Under the pieces are notes generated by a model. The model was not told where the DNA came from. It saw only the letters and a program-made list of their open reading frames with translations, and ran no database searches. 64,000 bases of DNA, from contig CAVYTA010000006.1 in the NCBI GenBank assembly GCA_963771355.1, forward strand, positions 2,304,001 to 2,368,000, in the 5' to 3' direction. The translations under genes and the position numbers were made by a program. Shown here one piece after another: positions 10,368 through 18,991 of the stretch. The DNA is from an uncultured Candidatus Rokubacteria bacterium. Its GTDB lineage: Bacteria; Methylomirabilota; Methylomirabilia; Rokubacteriales; CSP1-6. Each line of letters starts with the position of its first letter. Position 1 is the stretch's first letter.

Positions 10368-11207
10368 ATGACGATGCGCGCCCCCGGCCTCCGTCTCTCG
10401 TTCCTGGTCTTTGCGGCCGCATTCCTCGCGCTGAGCGCACCGTCCCGCGCCCAGACGCCCGACCTTCCGATCTTCGACACCCATATCCACTACAGCGCGC
10501 CCGACTGGACGGAATATCCCGAGGAGCGCATCCTGGGCATCCTCCAGCAGGCTGGGGTGAAGCGCGCCCTCGTCTCGAGCACCCCCGACGACGGCACCAT
10601 CAAGCTCTACCAGCGCGATCCCAAGCGCATCGTGCCCATCCTGCGCCCGTATCGCACGCGCGAGGACATCGGCCACTGGTGGCAGGACCCGTCCGTGATT
10701 CCCTACCTCGAGTCGCGCCTCGCGCTCAAGGTGCACAAGGGCATCGGCGAGTTCCACCTCTTCGGCGGTCAGACCGGCACGCCGGTGATCAAGCAGCTGA
10801 TCGAGATCGTCCTCCGCGAGAACATCTTCCTCCACGCCCACTCCGACGAGGTGGCCATCGTGGAGCTCTTCACGATCGAGCCGCGCCTGAAGGTAATCTG
10901 GGCCCATGCCGGGATGTCCTCGGGCCCACAGGCGGTGAGCGCCCTCCTCGACCGCTACCCGAACCTCTCGGTGGACCTCGCCATCCGCAACGGCGATGTG
11001 GCCCCGGGCGGCGTGCTCGACCCGGGCTGGCGCGCGGTGTTCCTGCGCCACCCGGATCGCTTCCTCGCCGGCACCGACACCTGGGTCACCTCGCGGTGGG
11101 AGGCACTGCCGGGCTCGGTGAGCGAGGTGCGGACGTACCTGAATCAGCTGCCGCGCGACGTCGCCGAGAAGATCGCCTACAAGAACGCGGAGCGACTCTT
11201 CCCCTAG
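10368..11207 (+). CDS. Secreted amidohydrolase family protein (amidohydro_2)
   Basis: Signal peptide; DTHIH, GIGEFH, WAHAG, FLAGTD, IAYKNAERLF. Confidence 0.9.
   Translation: MTMRAPGLRLSFLVFAAAFLALSAPSRAQTPDLPIFDTHIHYSAPDWTEYPEERILGILQQAGVKRALVSSTPDDGTIKLYQRDPKRIVPILRPYRTREDIGHWWQDPSVIPYLESRLALKVHKGIGEFHLFGGQTGTPVIKQLIEIVLRENIFLHAHSDEVAIVELFTIEPRLKVIWAHAGMSSGPQAVSALLDRYPNLSVDLAIRNGDVAPGGVLDPGWRAVFLRHPDRFLAGTDTWVTSRWEALPGSVSEVRTYLNQLPRDVAEKIAYKNAERLFP
11148..11207 (+). repeat. 3' end of the amidohydrolase gene; direct repeat of 41314..41373
   Basis: 58 of 60 nt identical on manual alignment, including the TAG stop. Confidence 0.93.
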
Positions 11208-11369
11208 TTCGCCTACACGCTAAACGCGAGCAATCAAGTGATACAGACCGATGTGAGCAACCCCTCGGCTCTGCTTCCCGTGCCGGAGGCGGTCGCCCCG
11301 TTCTTGGTCTCCGTCAACCCGACATAGGGTGCCGGTCTCGGACGCCGGCCACCCCAGGAGCCGACGGCA

Positions 11370-11640
11370 CAGCGATCCCACGATGCCGCGGTGGCGCGAA
11401 GCGGACGGGCGCGTCAAGCTCTCGGCGGCGTGGCTCATCGAACACGCGGGACTGCGCCGCGGAGACGGGCCGGGTCCCGTCGCACTGTCCACGCGCCACC
11501 GCCTCGCCATCGTCTGCCGCGAGGGATCGCGTGCGGCCGACGTCACCGCTTTCGCGCGCGAGATCCGCGCGCGGGTTGAGGCTCGCTTCGGTATCCGCCT
11601 CGTCCCCGAGCCCGTCTTCTGGGGCGCGCCGCCGATGTAG
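11370..11640 (+). pseudogene. murB: C-terminal fragment of UDP-N-acetylmuramate dehydrogenase
   Basis: VKLSAAWLIEHAG...LSTRHRLAIV...VEARFGIRLVPEPVF is the MurB C-terminal domain; no FAD-binding N-terminal part lies upstream. Confidence 0.82.
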
Positions 11641-11649
11641 AATGCCTGG

Positions 11650-12708
11650 ATGAAGCGTCGGTATCGGGCCGTGCTCGTCGGCTGCGGGGCGCGCGGACAG
11701 AGCCATGCGCTTGGCCTTCTCGCGAATCGGGACCGGTTCGAGCTGGTGGCGCTCTGCGATCGGGACGCCGCGCGCCTCGGCGCGCTCGCGCACACGCTTG
11801 GCATCACGCGCGTCTACTCCGACGCCGAGGCCATGCTCGCCGCCGAGCGCCCCGACCTGCTCTGTTTCGCCACCCCGCCGGCGGTGCGGGTCGAGCTCGT
11901 CGAGCTCGGGGTGCGGCATGGCGTTCGTGCGATCGCGCTCGAGAAGCCGCTCGCGCTCTCGCTGGCCGACGCCCGGCGCATTGTCGCGCTCTGCGCGGGC
12001 GGCATACAGGCCGTCGTCTGCCATCAGCTCAAGCACGCCGGCCATTGGCGGCGGATCAAGCAGATCGTGGAGGAGGGCGGCATCGGGGAGATCCGGTCCT
12101 TCCACGCTACTGCCCGTCCGTCGATGCTGCGGGTGGGCACCCATCTCGTCGATGCCATGCTGTGGCTCGGCGGGGGCATGCAAGCGACGTCGGTCCACGG
12201 CCAGGCTCAGGGGCGCCTAGCTTATCTCGAGGACCATCCTTGTCCTGATCACGCGGCGGGCGTCGTCGAATTCGCGAGCGGGGTCCGCGGTTTCCTCGAG
12301 ATCGGCTCTCTGGCGCCTCGTCACCTCGACGAGGGCGACTTTTGGGGCGATGTGGCTGTCACGGTCCGGGGCGCCCGGGGCCATGCACGCGTGGTGCTGG
12401 GTGGCGGGTGGGAGGCGGTCACGCGGTGGTCCGGAGGCCGGGTTGAAACCGGGCCCGCCGATGTCTCGCCGGGCGAGCCCGAGCATATGCGCCTTCTGGC
12501 CGACTGGCTGGACGATCCCCGGCGGGTGCATCCGTCAAATCTCAAGACGAGCTACCACGGCTTCGAGATCCTGATGGGCCTCGCGCTGTCGAGTCTCGAG
12601 CGCCGCCGCGTCGATCTACCCATCGCCGGGACTCCTGAAGCCATCCTGGAGCGACTCAGGGATGCGCTTCCAGAAGACGAGCGTCCGGCCGCCCGGGCTT
12701 CATCGTGA
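11650..12708 (+). CDS. Gfo/Idh/MocA family NAD(P)-dependent oxidoreductase
   Basis: VLVGCGARG Rossmann motif, FATPP, LEKPLA, VGTHLVD. Confidence 0.9.
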   Translation: MKRRYRAVLVGCGARGQSHALGLLANRDRFELVALCDRDAARLGALAHTLGITRVYSDAEAMLAAERPDLLCFATPPAVRVELVELGVRHGVRAIALEKPLALSLADARRIVALCAGGIQAVVCHQLKHAGHWRRIKQIVEEGGIGEIRSFHATARPSMLRVGTHLVDAMLWLGGGMQATSVHGQAQGRLAYLEDHPCPDHAAGVVEFASGVRGFLEIGSLAPRHLDEGDFWGDVAVTVRGARGHARVVLGGGWEAVTRWSGGRVETGPADVSPGEPEHMRLLADWLDDPRRVHPSNLKTSYHGFEILMGLALSSLERRRVDLPIAGTPEAILERLRDALPEDERPAARASS

Positions 12709-13469
12709 TCGCGCTCCGAGCGGTCACCAAGCGCTTTGGTGGTCGCCTCGCGCTCGACGGCGTGTCGATCGAGGTGCGTGCCGGCGCCGTCCATGTGCTG
12801 CTGGGCTCGAGTGGCTCGGGCAAATCGACGGTCCTGCGACTCATCCTCGGTCTCGTGGAGCCGGACGGGGGCGAAGTGCTGGTGGACGGGACGCCCGTGA
12901 CCGAGTCCACGCGGGCCGGGCTGGTGAGACGCATGGGCTACGTGGTGCAAGACGGCGGCCTCTACCCGCATCTGACCGCGTACCAGAACGTGGCGCTTCC
13001 GGCGGAAGCGCACGGCTGGCCGTCGGCGCAGACTCGCGCGCGCGCGGGCGAGCTGGGGGCGATGGTGGGACTCGACGGAGACAGCCTGCGCGCCTACCCC
13101 CGCGAGCTCAGCGGGGGACAGCGCCAGCGTGTCGGACTCATGCGGGCGCTGGTGCTCGACCCGCCCGTGCTTCTCCTCGACGAGCCGCTCGGATCGCTCG
13201 ACCCGATCGTCCGGGCCGAGCTCCAGGGCCAGCTCGGCCGGCTCTTTGCGGCGCTCGGCAAGACCGTCGTGATGGTGACCCACGATATCCGCGAGGCGGC
13301 TCTCCTCGGCAGCACCATCACCCTCATGACCGCCGGCCGCATCGTCCAGCAGGGGGCGTTCGCCGACTTGGTCGAGCGGCCCACCTCGCCGTTCGTGACT
13401 CAGTTCCTGACCGCTCAAACGCTCGCTCCCGGCCAAACACTCGCTCCCGGGGATTCAGGGGCCCGATAA
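12705..13469 (+). CDS. ABC transporter ATP-binding protein, osmoprotectant/quaternary amine (OpuA/EgtV-like)
   Basis: Walker A GSSGSGKS, MGYVVQDGGLYPHLT, LSGGQRQR, LLLDEP. Confidence 0.92.
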   Translation: MIALRAVTKRFGGRLALDGVSIEVRAGAVHVLLGSSGSGKSTVLRLILGLVEPDGGEVLVDGTPVTESTRAGLVRRMGYVVQDGGLYPHLTAYQNVALPAEAHGWPSAQTRARAGELGAMVGLDGDSLRAYPRELSGGQRQRVGLMRALVLDPPVLLLDEPLGSLDPIVRAELQGQLGRLFAALGKTVVMVTHDIREAALLGSTITLMTAGRIVQQGAFADLVERPTSPFVTQFLTAQTLAPGQTLAPGDSGAR

Positions 13470-13472
13470 CAC

Positions 13473-14966
13473 ATGCGGCCGCTCGTGGCGGGTGCCGCGC
13501 TCGTGGCTCTGCTGCTGCACGGATTCGGCGTCAGCGCCGCGCAGGACGGAGTCATCCGTGTCGGGTCGAAGTCCTTCACGGAAAGCTACCTCCTCGCGGA
13601 AATCGCGGCACAGGTTATCGAGCAGGCTGGAGAGGCCCGCGTCGAACGGCGGCTCGGCCTCGGCGGCACCGGTATCACCTACCGGGCCATCGCCTCGGGC
13701 GCGATCGACCTCTATCCCGAATACACGGGCACGCTCACCCGCGTCATCCTGAAGGACCCGGCGCTTCGCATACCCGAGGCGATCCGCGCGCGCCTCCGGC
13801 CATCGGGGCTGACGATGAGCGAGCCCCTCGGCTTCAACAACACGTATGCGCTCGCGGTCCGCGTCGACACCGCCGAGCGTTTGGACCTAAAGAGCATCGG
13901 TGACCTCGTGCGTCACCAAGAGCTCACCGCGGCGTTCAGCTCAGGTTTTCTGGAGCGCGAGGACGGCTGGCCGGGACTCAGGCGCCACTACGGCCTGTCG
14001 CTGGCTCGCGTACGGGTGATGGAGCACGCCCTGACGTACCGGGCGCTCGCCGGCGGCGAGGTGGATGTCATGGACGTCTTCTCGACGGACGGGCAGCTCG
14101 AGCGCCTGCGACTTCGGATTCTCCGGGACGATCGGGGCTTCTTCCCGGACTACTCGGCGGTGCTCCTGGCCCGCCGGGAAATGGCCGAGCGATTCCCGCG
14201 CACGTGGGCGCGGCTCCGTCAAGCCCTCGAGGGATCACTCGACGACCGGCGCATGGCTGAGCTCAACGCGATGGTGGACCTGGACGGCAAGAGCATCCCC
14301 GAAGTGGCCGCCGCCGTCGCGGGCGCGGCACTGCCGGACGCGCAGGCCAGACCGGGCATCGTGACGGAGATCTACGCCCTCACGCTCGACCACCTGGTCC
14401 TCGTCCTGGTCTCCCTGGCCGCCGCCATCGTCCTGGGCGTGCCGTTGGGCATCGCCGCGGCACGGTTCCGGCGGATCGGTCAGGTCGAGCTCGGCGCCAT
14501 CGGCATGCTGCAGACGGTCCCGGCCCTGGCGCTCCTCGTGTTCATGATCCCGCTCTTCGGGATCGGCAAAGGTCCCGCCCTCGTCGCCCTCTCCCTGTAC
14601 GCGCTCCTCCCCATCGTGCGCAGCACCTACGCCGGGATCATCGGGATCGATCGCCATCTCCTGGAGATCGCCTTTGTGCTCGGGCTCGGCCGCCTCGCGC
14701 GCCTGGTCCGCATCGAGCTCCCGCTCGCCTCCATCAGTGTCATGGCGGGGATCAAGACCTCCGCCGTCATGACGGTGGGTACGGCCACGCTCGCCGCGTT
14801 CATCGGCGGCGGCGGCTATGGAGCGCTGATCGTGCGGGGCTTGGCGCTGGATGACACCGCGACGATCCTGGCCGGGGCCGCGCCCGCCGCGGCGATGGCG
14901 GTGGCGTTTCACGTGGTCTTCGAGTTTCTGGACCGTCTCGCGATCCCGCGCGGCCTCCGCCGCTAA
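13473..14966 (+). CDS. Fused substrate-binding/permease subunit of a glycine-betaine-type ABC transporter (EgtU/OpuC-like)
   Basis: GSKSFTESY, YPEYTGT, NNTYAL, FFPDY binding domain followed by a permease with QTVPALAL and an EAA-like loop. Confidence 0.9.
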   Translation: MRPLVAGAALVALLLHGFGVSAAQDGVIRVGSKSFTESYLLAEIAAQVIEQAGEARVERRLGLGGTGITYRAIASGAIDLYPEYTGTLTRVILKDPALRIPEAIRARLRPSGLTMSEPLGFNNTYALAVRVDTAERLDLKSIGDLVRHQELTAAFSSGFLEREDGWPGLRRHYGLSLARVRVMEHALTYRALAGGEVDVMDVFSTDGQLERLRLRILRDDRGFFPDYSAVLLARREMAERFPRTWARLRQALEGSLDDRRMAELNAMVDLDGKSIPEVAAAVAGAALPDAQARPGIVTEIYALTLDHLVLVLVSLAAAIVLGVPLGIAAARFRRIGQVELGAIGMLQTVPALALLVFMIPLFGIGKGPALVALSLYALLPIVRSTYAGIIGIDRHLLEIAFVLGLGRLARLVRIELPLASISVMAGIKTSAVMTVGTATLAAFIGGGGYGALIVRGLALDDTATILAGAAPAAAMAVAFHVVFEFLDRLAIPRGLRR

Positions 14967-15787
14967 CCTCCGGAGTCGAGGAGGGCGTTGAGGCGGCTGC
15001 ACGCCGCGATGACTTCGCGGTCCCTGCCCGGGAACCACGCCCGGATCCATTGCGGGCGCTCAAAGAAGGCCAGCGGAGGCCGTGCGCGGCGCCTGATACC
15101 CACCCGGAGCACGAGGCCGCTGGCATTGATGAAGCTCACGTCCTCCAGCATGCGTCCCACCCCGGCCACGCCGACGGTGACCGGGCAGAGCTTCGCGACG
15201 GCAGCGATCGAATCCGAGACGCCGCGAAGGCAGAAACCGTGGGTCCGGGGCAGGACCACGGGCGGCAGGGCCTCGAGGACGCTTCGCAGGGTGAGACCCG
15301 AGAATACGGTGTCGTCCACCACGGCGAGCGACTCGGAGGCAGGGAAGCCTTTGAGCCCGCCGGCAAGCTGGGCGGCGAGTGTGGCCGGCACGGTACTGAC
15401 GAGATGATAGTCTCCACGCCCGTCCTCCTCTCGAGTAAGCCCGAGGCGGTGAACGCGCGGGAACCAGCCGGTCTTCGCGTGGAGCGCCTGGGCCGCGCGC
15501 TCGCCGGCTCGGCCGATGCCGAGGGCAAGATCGAATGGGGCATGCCGACCCTGGGCGATGACACGCTCGACCTGCTCGGCCAGCGTGAGGACCACGACCC
15601 TCTCGGGGTCTCTTTTCAGGAGGGCGAAGAGGGAGCGGGTGAGGGCGGCGGCGGGGGAGGCGGGACCGAGACGCTCCGCCACTTCGTCGCTCAGATCGTC
15701 GTGGACGTACAGCAGTCGGGGCGTGGGCTGCGCGTAGGCCCCGCGGTCCGGCTCGTCCACGCCGCGGGACGTGTCAGCCGGCGGCAT
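14963..15787 (-). CDS. Type I phosphoribosyltransferase-like protein of unknown substrate
   Basis: PRPP-loop-like AVVDDTVFSGLT and LGIGRAG; start overlaps the end of the upstream selenoprotein gene. Confidence 0.65.
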   Translation of the reverse strand: MPPADTSRGVDEPDRGAYAQPTPRLLYVHDDLSDEVAERLGPASPAAALTRSLFALLKRDPERVVVLTLAEQVERVIAQGRHAPFDLALGIGRAGERAAQALHAKTGWFPRVHRLGLTREEDGRGDYHLVSTVPATLAAQLAGGLKGFPASESLAVVDDTVFSGLTLRSVLEALPPVVLPRTHGFCLRGVSDSIAAVAKLCPVTVGVAGVGRMLEDVSFINASGLVLRVGIRRRARPPLAFFERPQWIRAWFPGRDREVIAACSRLNALLDSGG

Positions 15788-16310
15788 CCGGCTGGGGCCC
15801 ACGATAGACGTAGTCGCCTCGACAGCGCTCCATCATCGCGCGCATGTCCTGGCGCAGCTCCTCGAGCGTCGGCCGTCCGACATACCACCAGCCGTTGTAG
15901 ATCCGATGAATCGTGAGATCAGGCAGGAGCGAGAAGGTGAACGGCAGGGCGAGGAGACCGTGCCGGAATGCCGGCGGCGTCGCCTCGACGATGTCGAGGC
16001 GTGAGATGACGCGCCGCTCGTGATCGCTCAGGAACGTAAAGGTGGCGCCGAGTCCTGCGCGGAACGCCGCCGAGACCTCGGGCGGGTCCGTCGAGACCAC
16101 CGCGAGCTTGCAGTAGTTGACGGCGAGTTCGTCCTGGAGCTCGGTCAGGTGCCGCAACTGGCACCCGCACTTCGGTCACCAGTACCCGCGGTAGAAGCTC
16201 ACGATGAGCGGGAACTCGCCCGCGAGCGCGGAGAGGCGGACCGGCTCGGCTCGATGATCGGGCAGCTCGAGATCCGGGAACTGCTTGCCGACGGCCAGAT
16301 GTGGGTGCAC
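15774..16310 (-). CDS. Selenocysteine-containing redoxin (AhpC/TSA/peroxiredoxin-like), in-frame TGA at 16176-16178
   Basis: RBS AGGAGG plus GTG 16310 gives MHPHLAVGKQFPDLELPDHRAEPVRLSALAGEFPLIVSFYRGYW-TGA-PKCGCQLRHL..., in frame with ORF 15774..16157. The TGA falls at the first Cys position of the CxxC motif. Confidence 0.88.
16148..16165 (-). promoter_or_regulatory. Putative bacterial SECIS hairpin
   Basis: GGTGCC-AGTTGC-GGCACC perfect 6-bp stem beginning 11 nt 3' of the in-frame TGA, with a G/U-containing loop. Confidence 0.65.
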
Positions 16311-16321
16311 GAAATATCCTC

Positions 16322-17296
16322 CTAGCCCGAAGCGGCAACCGCGAGGGCGAAGTAGCTCTCCGAGTCGGTGTGCCAGGTCTCGAGGCGAAGCCCGGCCTCT
16401 TCGAGCATGGCCTGGGCCCCGGCGCGGCTGAACTTGTAGGAACTCTCCGTCCAGATGTTTTCGTCCGGCGAGATTCGAATGGTCAGCTCCAGGCGGCGAA
16501 GATGCACCACCTGCGTCGAGTCGGGGACGAGGTGCATCTCGATGCGGGCCGCAGGCTCGTTGTAGAAGGCGACGTGCCGGAAGGCCGTGGGGCGGAAGTC
16601 GGCGTCCGCGCCGTGGTTGACGACGTTGAGGATGTTCCGGTTGAACTCCCGGGTGACGCCGCTCGCGTCGTTGTATGCGGCTTCGAGCACCGTGACGTCC
16701 TTGACGAGGTCGAGGCCGAGGAGAAAGCGATCCTCCCGGCTACGGAGGAGCGCGCGCACCTGGGAGAGCAGCCGCAGCCTGGCCGGAGGGTCGAGGTTGC
16801 CGATCGTGCTCCCGAGGAAGAGCACGAGGCGGCGGCCGACCGGGGAGGGCACGTGCTCCAGGTGCCGCTCGAAGTCACCCACGAGGGCGCGCACGTCGAG
16901 GAACGGGTAGTCGGAAATGAGGCGGGCCGCGCTGGCTTGCACGGTCAGCTCGTCGACGTCGATCGGAACGTAGCGCAGGCGATCCGGCAGGCCATTCCGG
17001 CCATCGAGGAGCCGGCGGGTCTTCGACGCCGATCCCGGACCGAGCTCTACGATGTCCTGGGGCTGCAGCTCGCGCATGAGCCGTGGCGCGAGCGTGTCGA
17101 GGAGCGCCGCTTCCGTCCGCGTCAGGTAGTACTCGGGAAGCTTGGTGATGTCTTCGAACAGATTGGATCCGATGACATCGTAGAAGTACTTCGAAGGCAG
17201 GGTCTTGGGGCTTGCCGTGAGCCCGCGGCGCACGTCTTCCTCGATCCTTGTGCGCCTGTCGGTTTCGTTCGTATACGCGTACGCGCGATAGCGCAT
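16322..17296 (-). CDS. egtD: L-histidine N-alpha-methyltransferase (hercynine synthase)
   Basis: LPSKYFYD, PEYYLTRTE, ELGPGSASKT, FLGSTIGN, AAYNDASGVT, WTESSYKF. Confidence 0.93.
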   Translation of the reverse strand: MRYRAYAYTNETDRRTRIEEDVRRGLTASPKTLPSKYFYDVIGSNLFEDITKLPEYYLTRTEAALLDTLAPRLMRELQPQDIVELGPGSASKTRRLLDGRNGLPDRLRYVPIDVDELTVQASAARLISDYPFLDVRALVGDFERHLEHVPSPVGRRLVLFLGSTIGNLDPPARLRLLSQVRALLRSREDRFLLGLDLVKDVTVLEAAYNDASGVTREFNRNILNVVNHGADADFRPTAFRHVAFYNEPAARIEMHLVPDSTQVVHLRRLELTIRISPDENIWTESSYKFSRAGAQAMLEEAGLRLETWHTDSESYFALAVAASG

Positions 17297-17488
17297 TATG
17301 GTCGTCGGCCCGAGGCGGGGGGCATGTGGCGACCCCCGCCGCGGACCTTCGAGGGTAGACTGCCTCGGGTCAACTCGCAAGCGTTGCTTGAGATGCGCGA
17401 CTGGGGTCCGGCGCTTTCGGTCGCCGTGGGGCCCATCCCGACGTACACTTCCTGGCAGTGCTCGCTAGGACCATAGGGAGGGTTCTCC

Positions 17489-18820
17489 ATGGCTGAGACG
17501 GTTGGTGAGCGGCTCGCTGGCGTATGGGCGCGCACGGACCGGATCTTCGAGATCCTCGCGCCCGGGGCCTTCCTCGCCCAGCCGATCGCGCTGCGCCACC
17601 CGTTCATCTTCTATGTCGGGCACCTCCCCGCCTTCGCCTGGAACCACGTGTGCGTGGGTGTCCTCGCACGGCCCTCCTTCAACGCCGCGTTCGATGAGCT
17701 CTTCTCCCGCGGCATCGATCCCGATGTGGACGACCCCAGCCACTGCCACGCTCACCCGGAGATCCCGGATCGCTGGCCGACCGTGGCCGAGGTGCTCGCC
17801 TATCGTGATCGCGTCCGGGCCTCGGTGCTCGAATCCGTGGACGCGGTGACGGAGCGGGCCGGGTCGCATCTCATGGCCCGGGATGGGCGCGTCTTCTCGA
17901 TGGTGATCGAGCACGAGCTCATGCACCAGGAGACGCTCCTCTATATGCTCCAGGAGCTCGCTCTCGACCGGAAGGTCCGTCCCGCCTGGCTCCCGCGCGA
18001 TGTGACCGGCCGCGGCCGACCCCCGGCCACGGTGCAGGTGCCCGCGGGGACGGCGACGCTCGGCGCGGCGTTCACCGACCTGGCATTCGGCTGGGACAAT
18101 GAATTCCCCCCGGCTCAGGTCTTCGTGCCGGGTTTCCGCATCGACGAGACGCCGGTGACGAACGGCCAGTTTCTCGCCTTCGTGGACGACGGAGGATACC
18201 GGCGCCGCGAGCTCTGGGCTGCCGATGACTGGGGATGGAACCGTGAGGAGACCCTCGCTCATCCGCGGGTGTGGACGAACCAGGACGGGCGGTGGCTCTA
18301 CCGCGGCCTCTTCGATCTCCTCCCGCTCGAGCGCGTGATGGATTGGCCCGTGTACGTCAGCCTGGCCGAGGCGCGGGCGTATGCGCGCTGGCGTGGTCTG
18401 CGCCTGCCCACGGAGGCGGAGTTCCACCGGGCGGCTTTCGGCGATCCACGGGGACCCGAGCGTGCCTTCCCCTGGGGGGCAGGCGCTCCCGGGGAGCGAC
18501 ACGGCAACTTCGACTTTCGCCACTGGGCGCCGACGCCCGTGGGCACGTACCCCGAGGGCGCGAGCGCGTGGGGTGTCTACGACCTCGTCGGCAATGGGTG
18601 GGAATGGACCGAGACGCCGTTCGCGGGTTTTGCGGGTTTCGAGGCGTGGATCCCCGGATATTCCGGCTACTCAGCCGATTTCTTCGACGGCAAGCACTTT
18701 GTCCTCAAGGGCGGTTCGTGGGCGACCGCCGCGGAGCTTGTACGGCGGAGCTTCCGCAACTGGTTCCAGGCGCACTATTCGTACGTGTTCGCCACGTTTC
18801 GCTGTGTCGAGAGCCCCTGA
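17489..18820 (+). CDS. egtB: Non-heme iron sulfoxide synthase (EgtB/Egt1-like; DinB plus FGE-like domains)
   Basis: FYVGHLPAF, iron-binding HELMHQE (HX3HXE), RLPTEAE, GNGWEWT, YSADFFDG, RRSFRNWFQ. Confidence 0.9.
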   Translation: MAETVGERLAGVWARTDRIFEILAPGAFLAQPIALRHPFIFYVGHLPAFAWNHVCVGVLARPSFNAAFDELFSRGIDPDVDDPSHCHAHPEIPDRWPTVAEVLAYRDRVRASVLESVDAVTERAGSHLMARDGRVFSMVIEHELMHQETLLYMLQELALDRKVRPAWLPRDVTGRGRPPATVQVPAGTATLGAAFTDLAFGWDNEFPPAQVFVPGFRIDETPVTNGQFLAFVDDGGYRRRELWAADDWGWNREETLAHPRVWTNQDGRWLYRGLFDLLPLERVMDWPVYVSLAEARAYARWRGLRLPTEAEFHRAAFGDPRGPERAFPWGAGAPGERHGNFDFRHWAPTPVGTYPEGASAWGVYDLVGNGWEWTETPFAGFAGFEAWIPGYSGYSADFFDGKHFVLKGGSWATAAELVRRSFRNWFQAHYSYVFATFRCVESP

Positions 18821-18991
18821 CGCCGATCGCGCGCGCGAGATCCTGCGTTTCTCTGCGCCCCGGTTCGCTTGGGCTATGACCCCGCAAGGTTGTGCCGGAG
18901 TCCGGGCCCGAATGCAATCGGGCTCGCGCACCTCGGGTGTATCGTGACCGAGGAGGCCGCCGCCGGGGAGCCCGGCACGGCCGGCCACATC

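Noticed and set aside
17314..17340. GGCGGGGG...CCCCCGCC hairpin between egtD and egtB
   Set aside because: Pure G/C stem, plausible by chance; cannot be assigned as operator or riboswitch.
17489..18820. Calling the enzyme SenA or OvoA
   Set aside because: No senB or senC nearby and no C-terminal methyltransferase domain as in OvoA.
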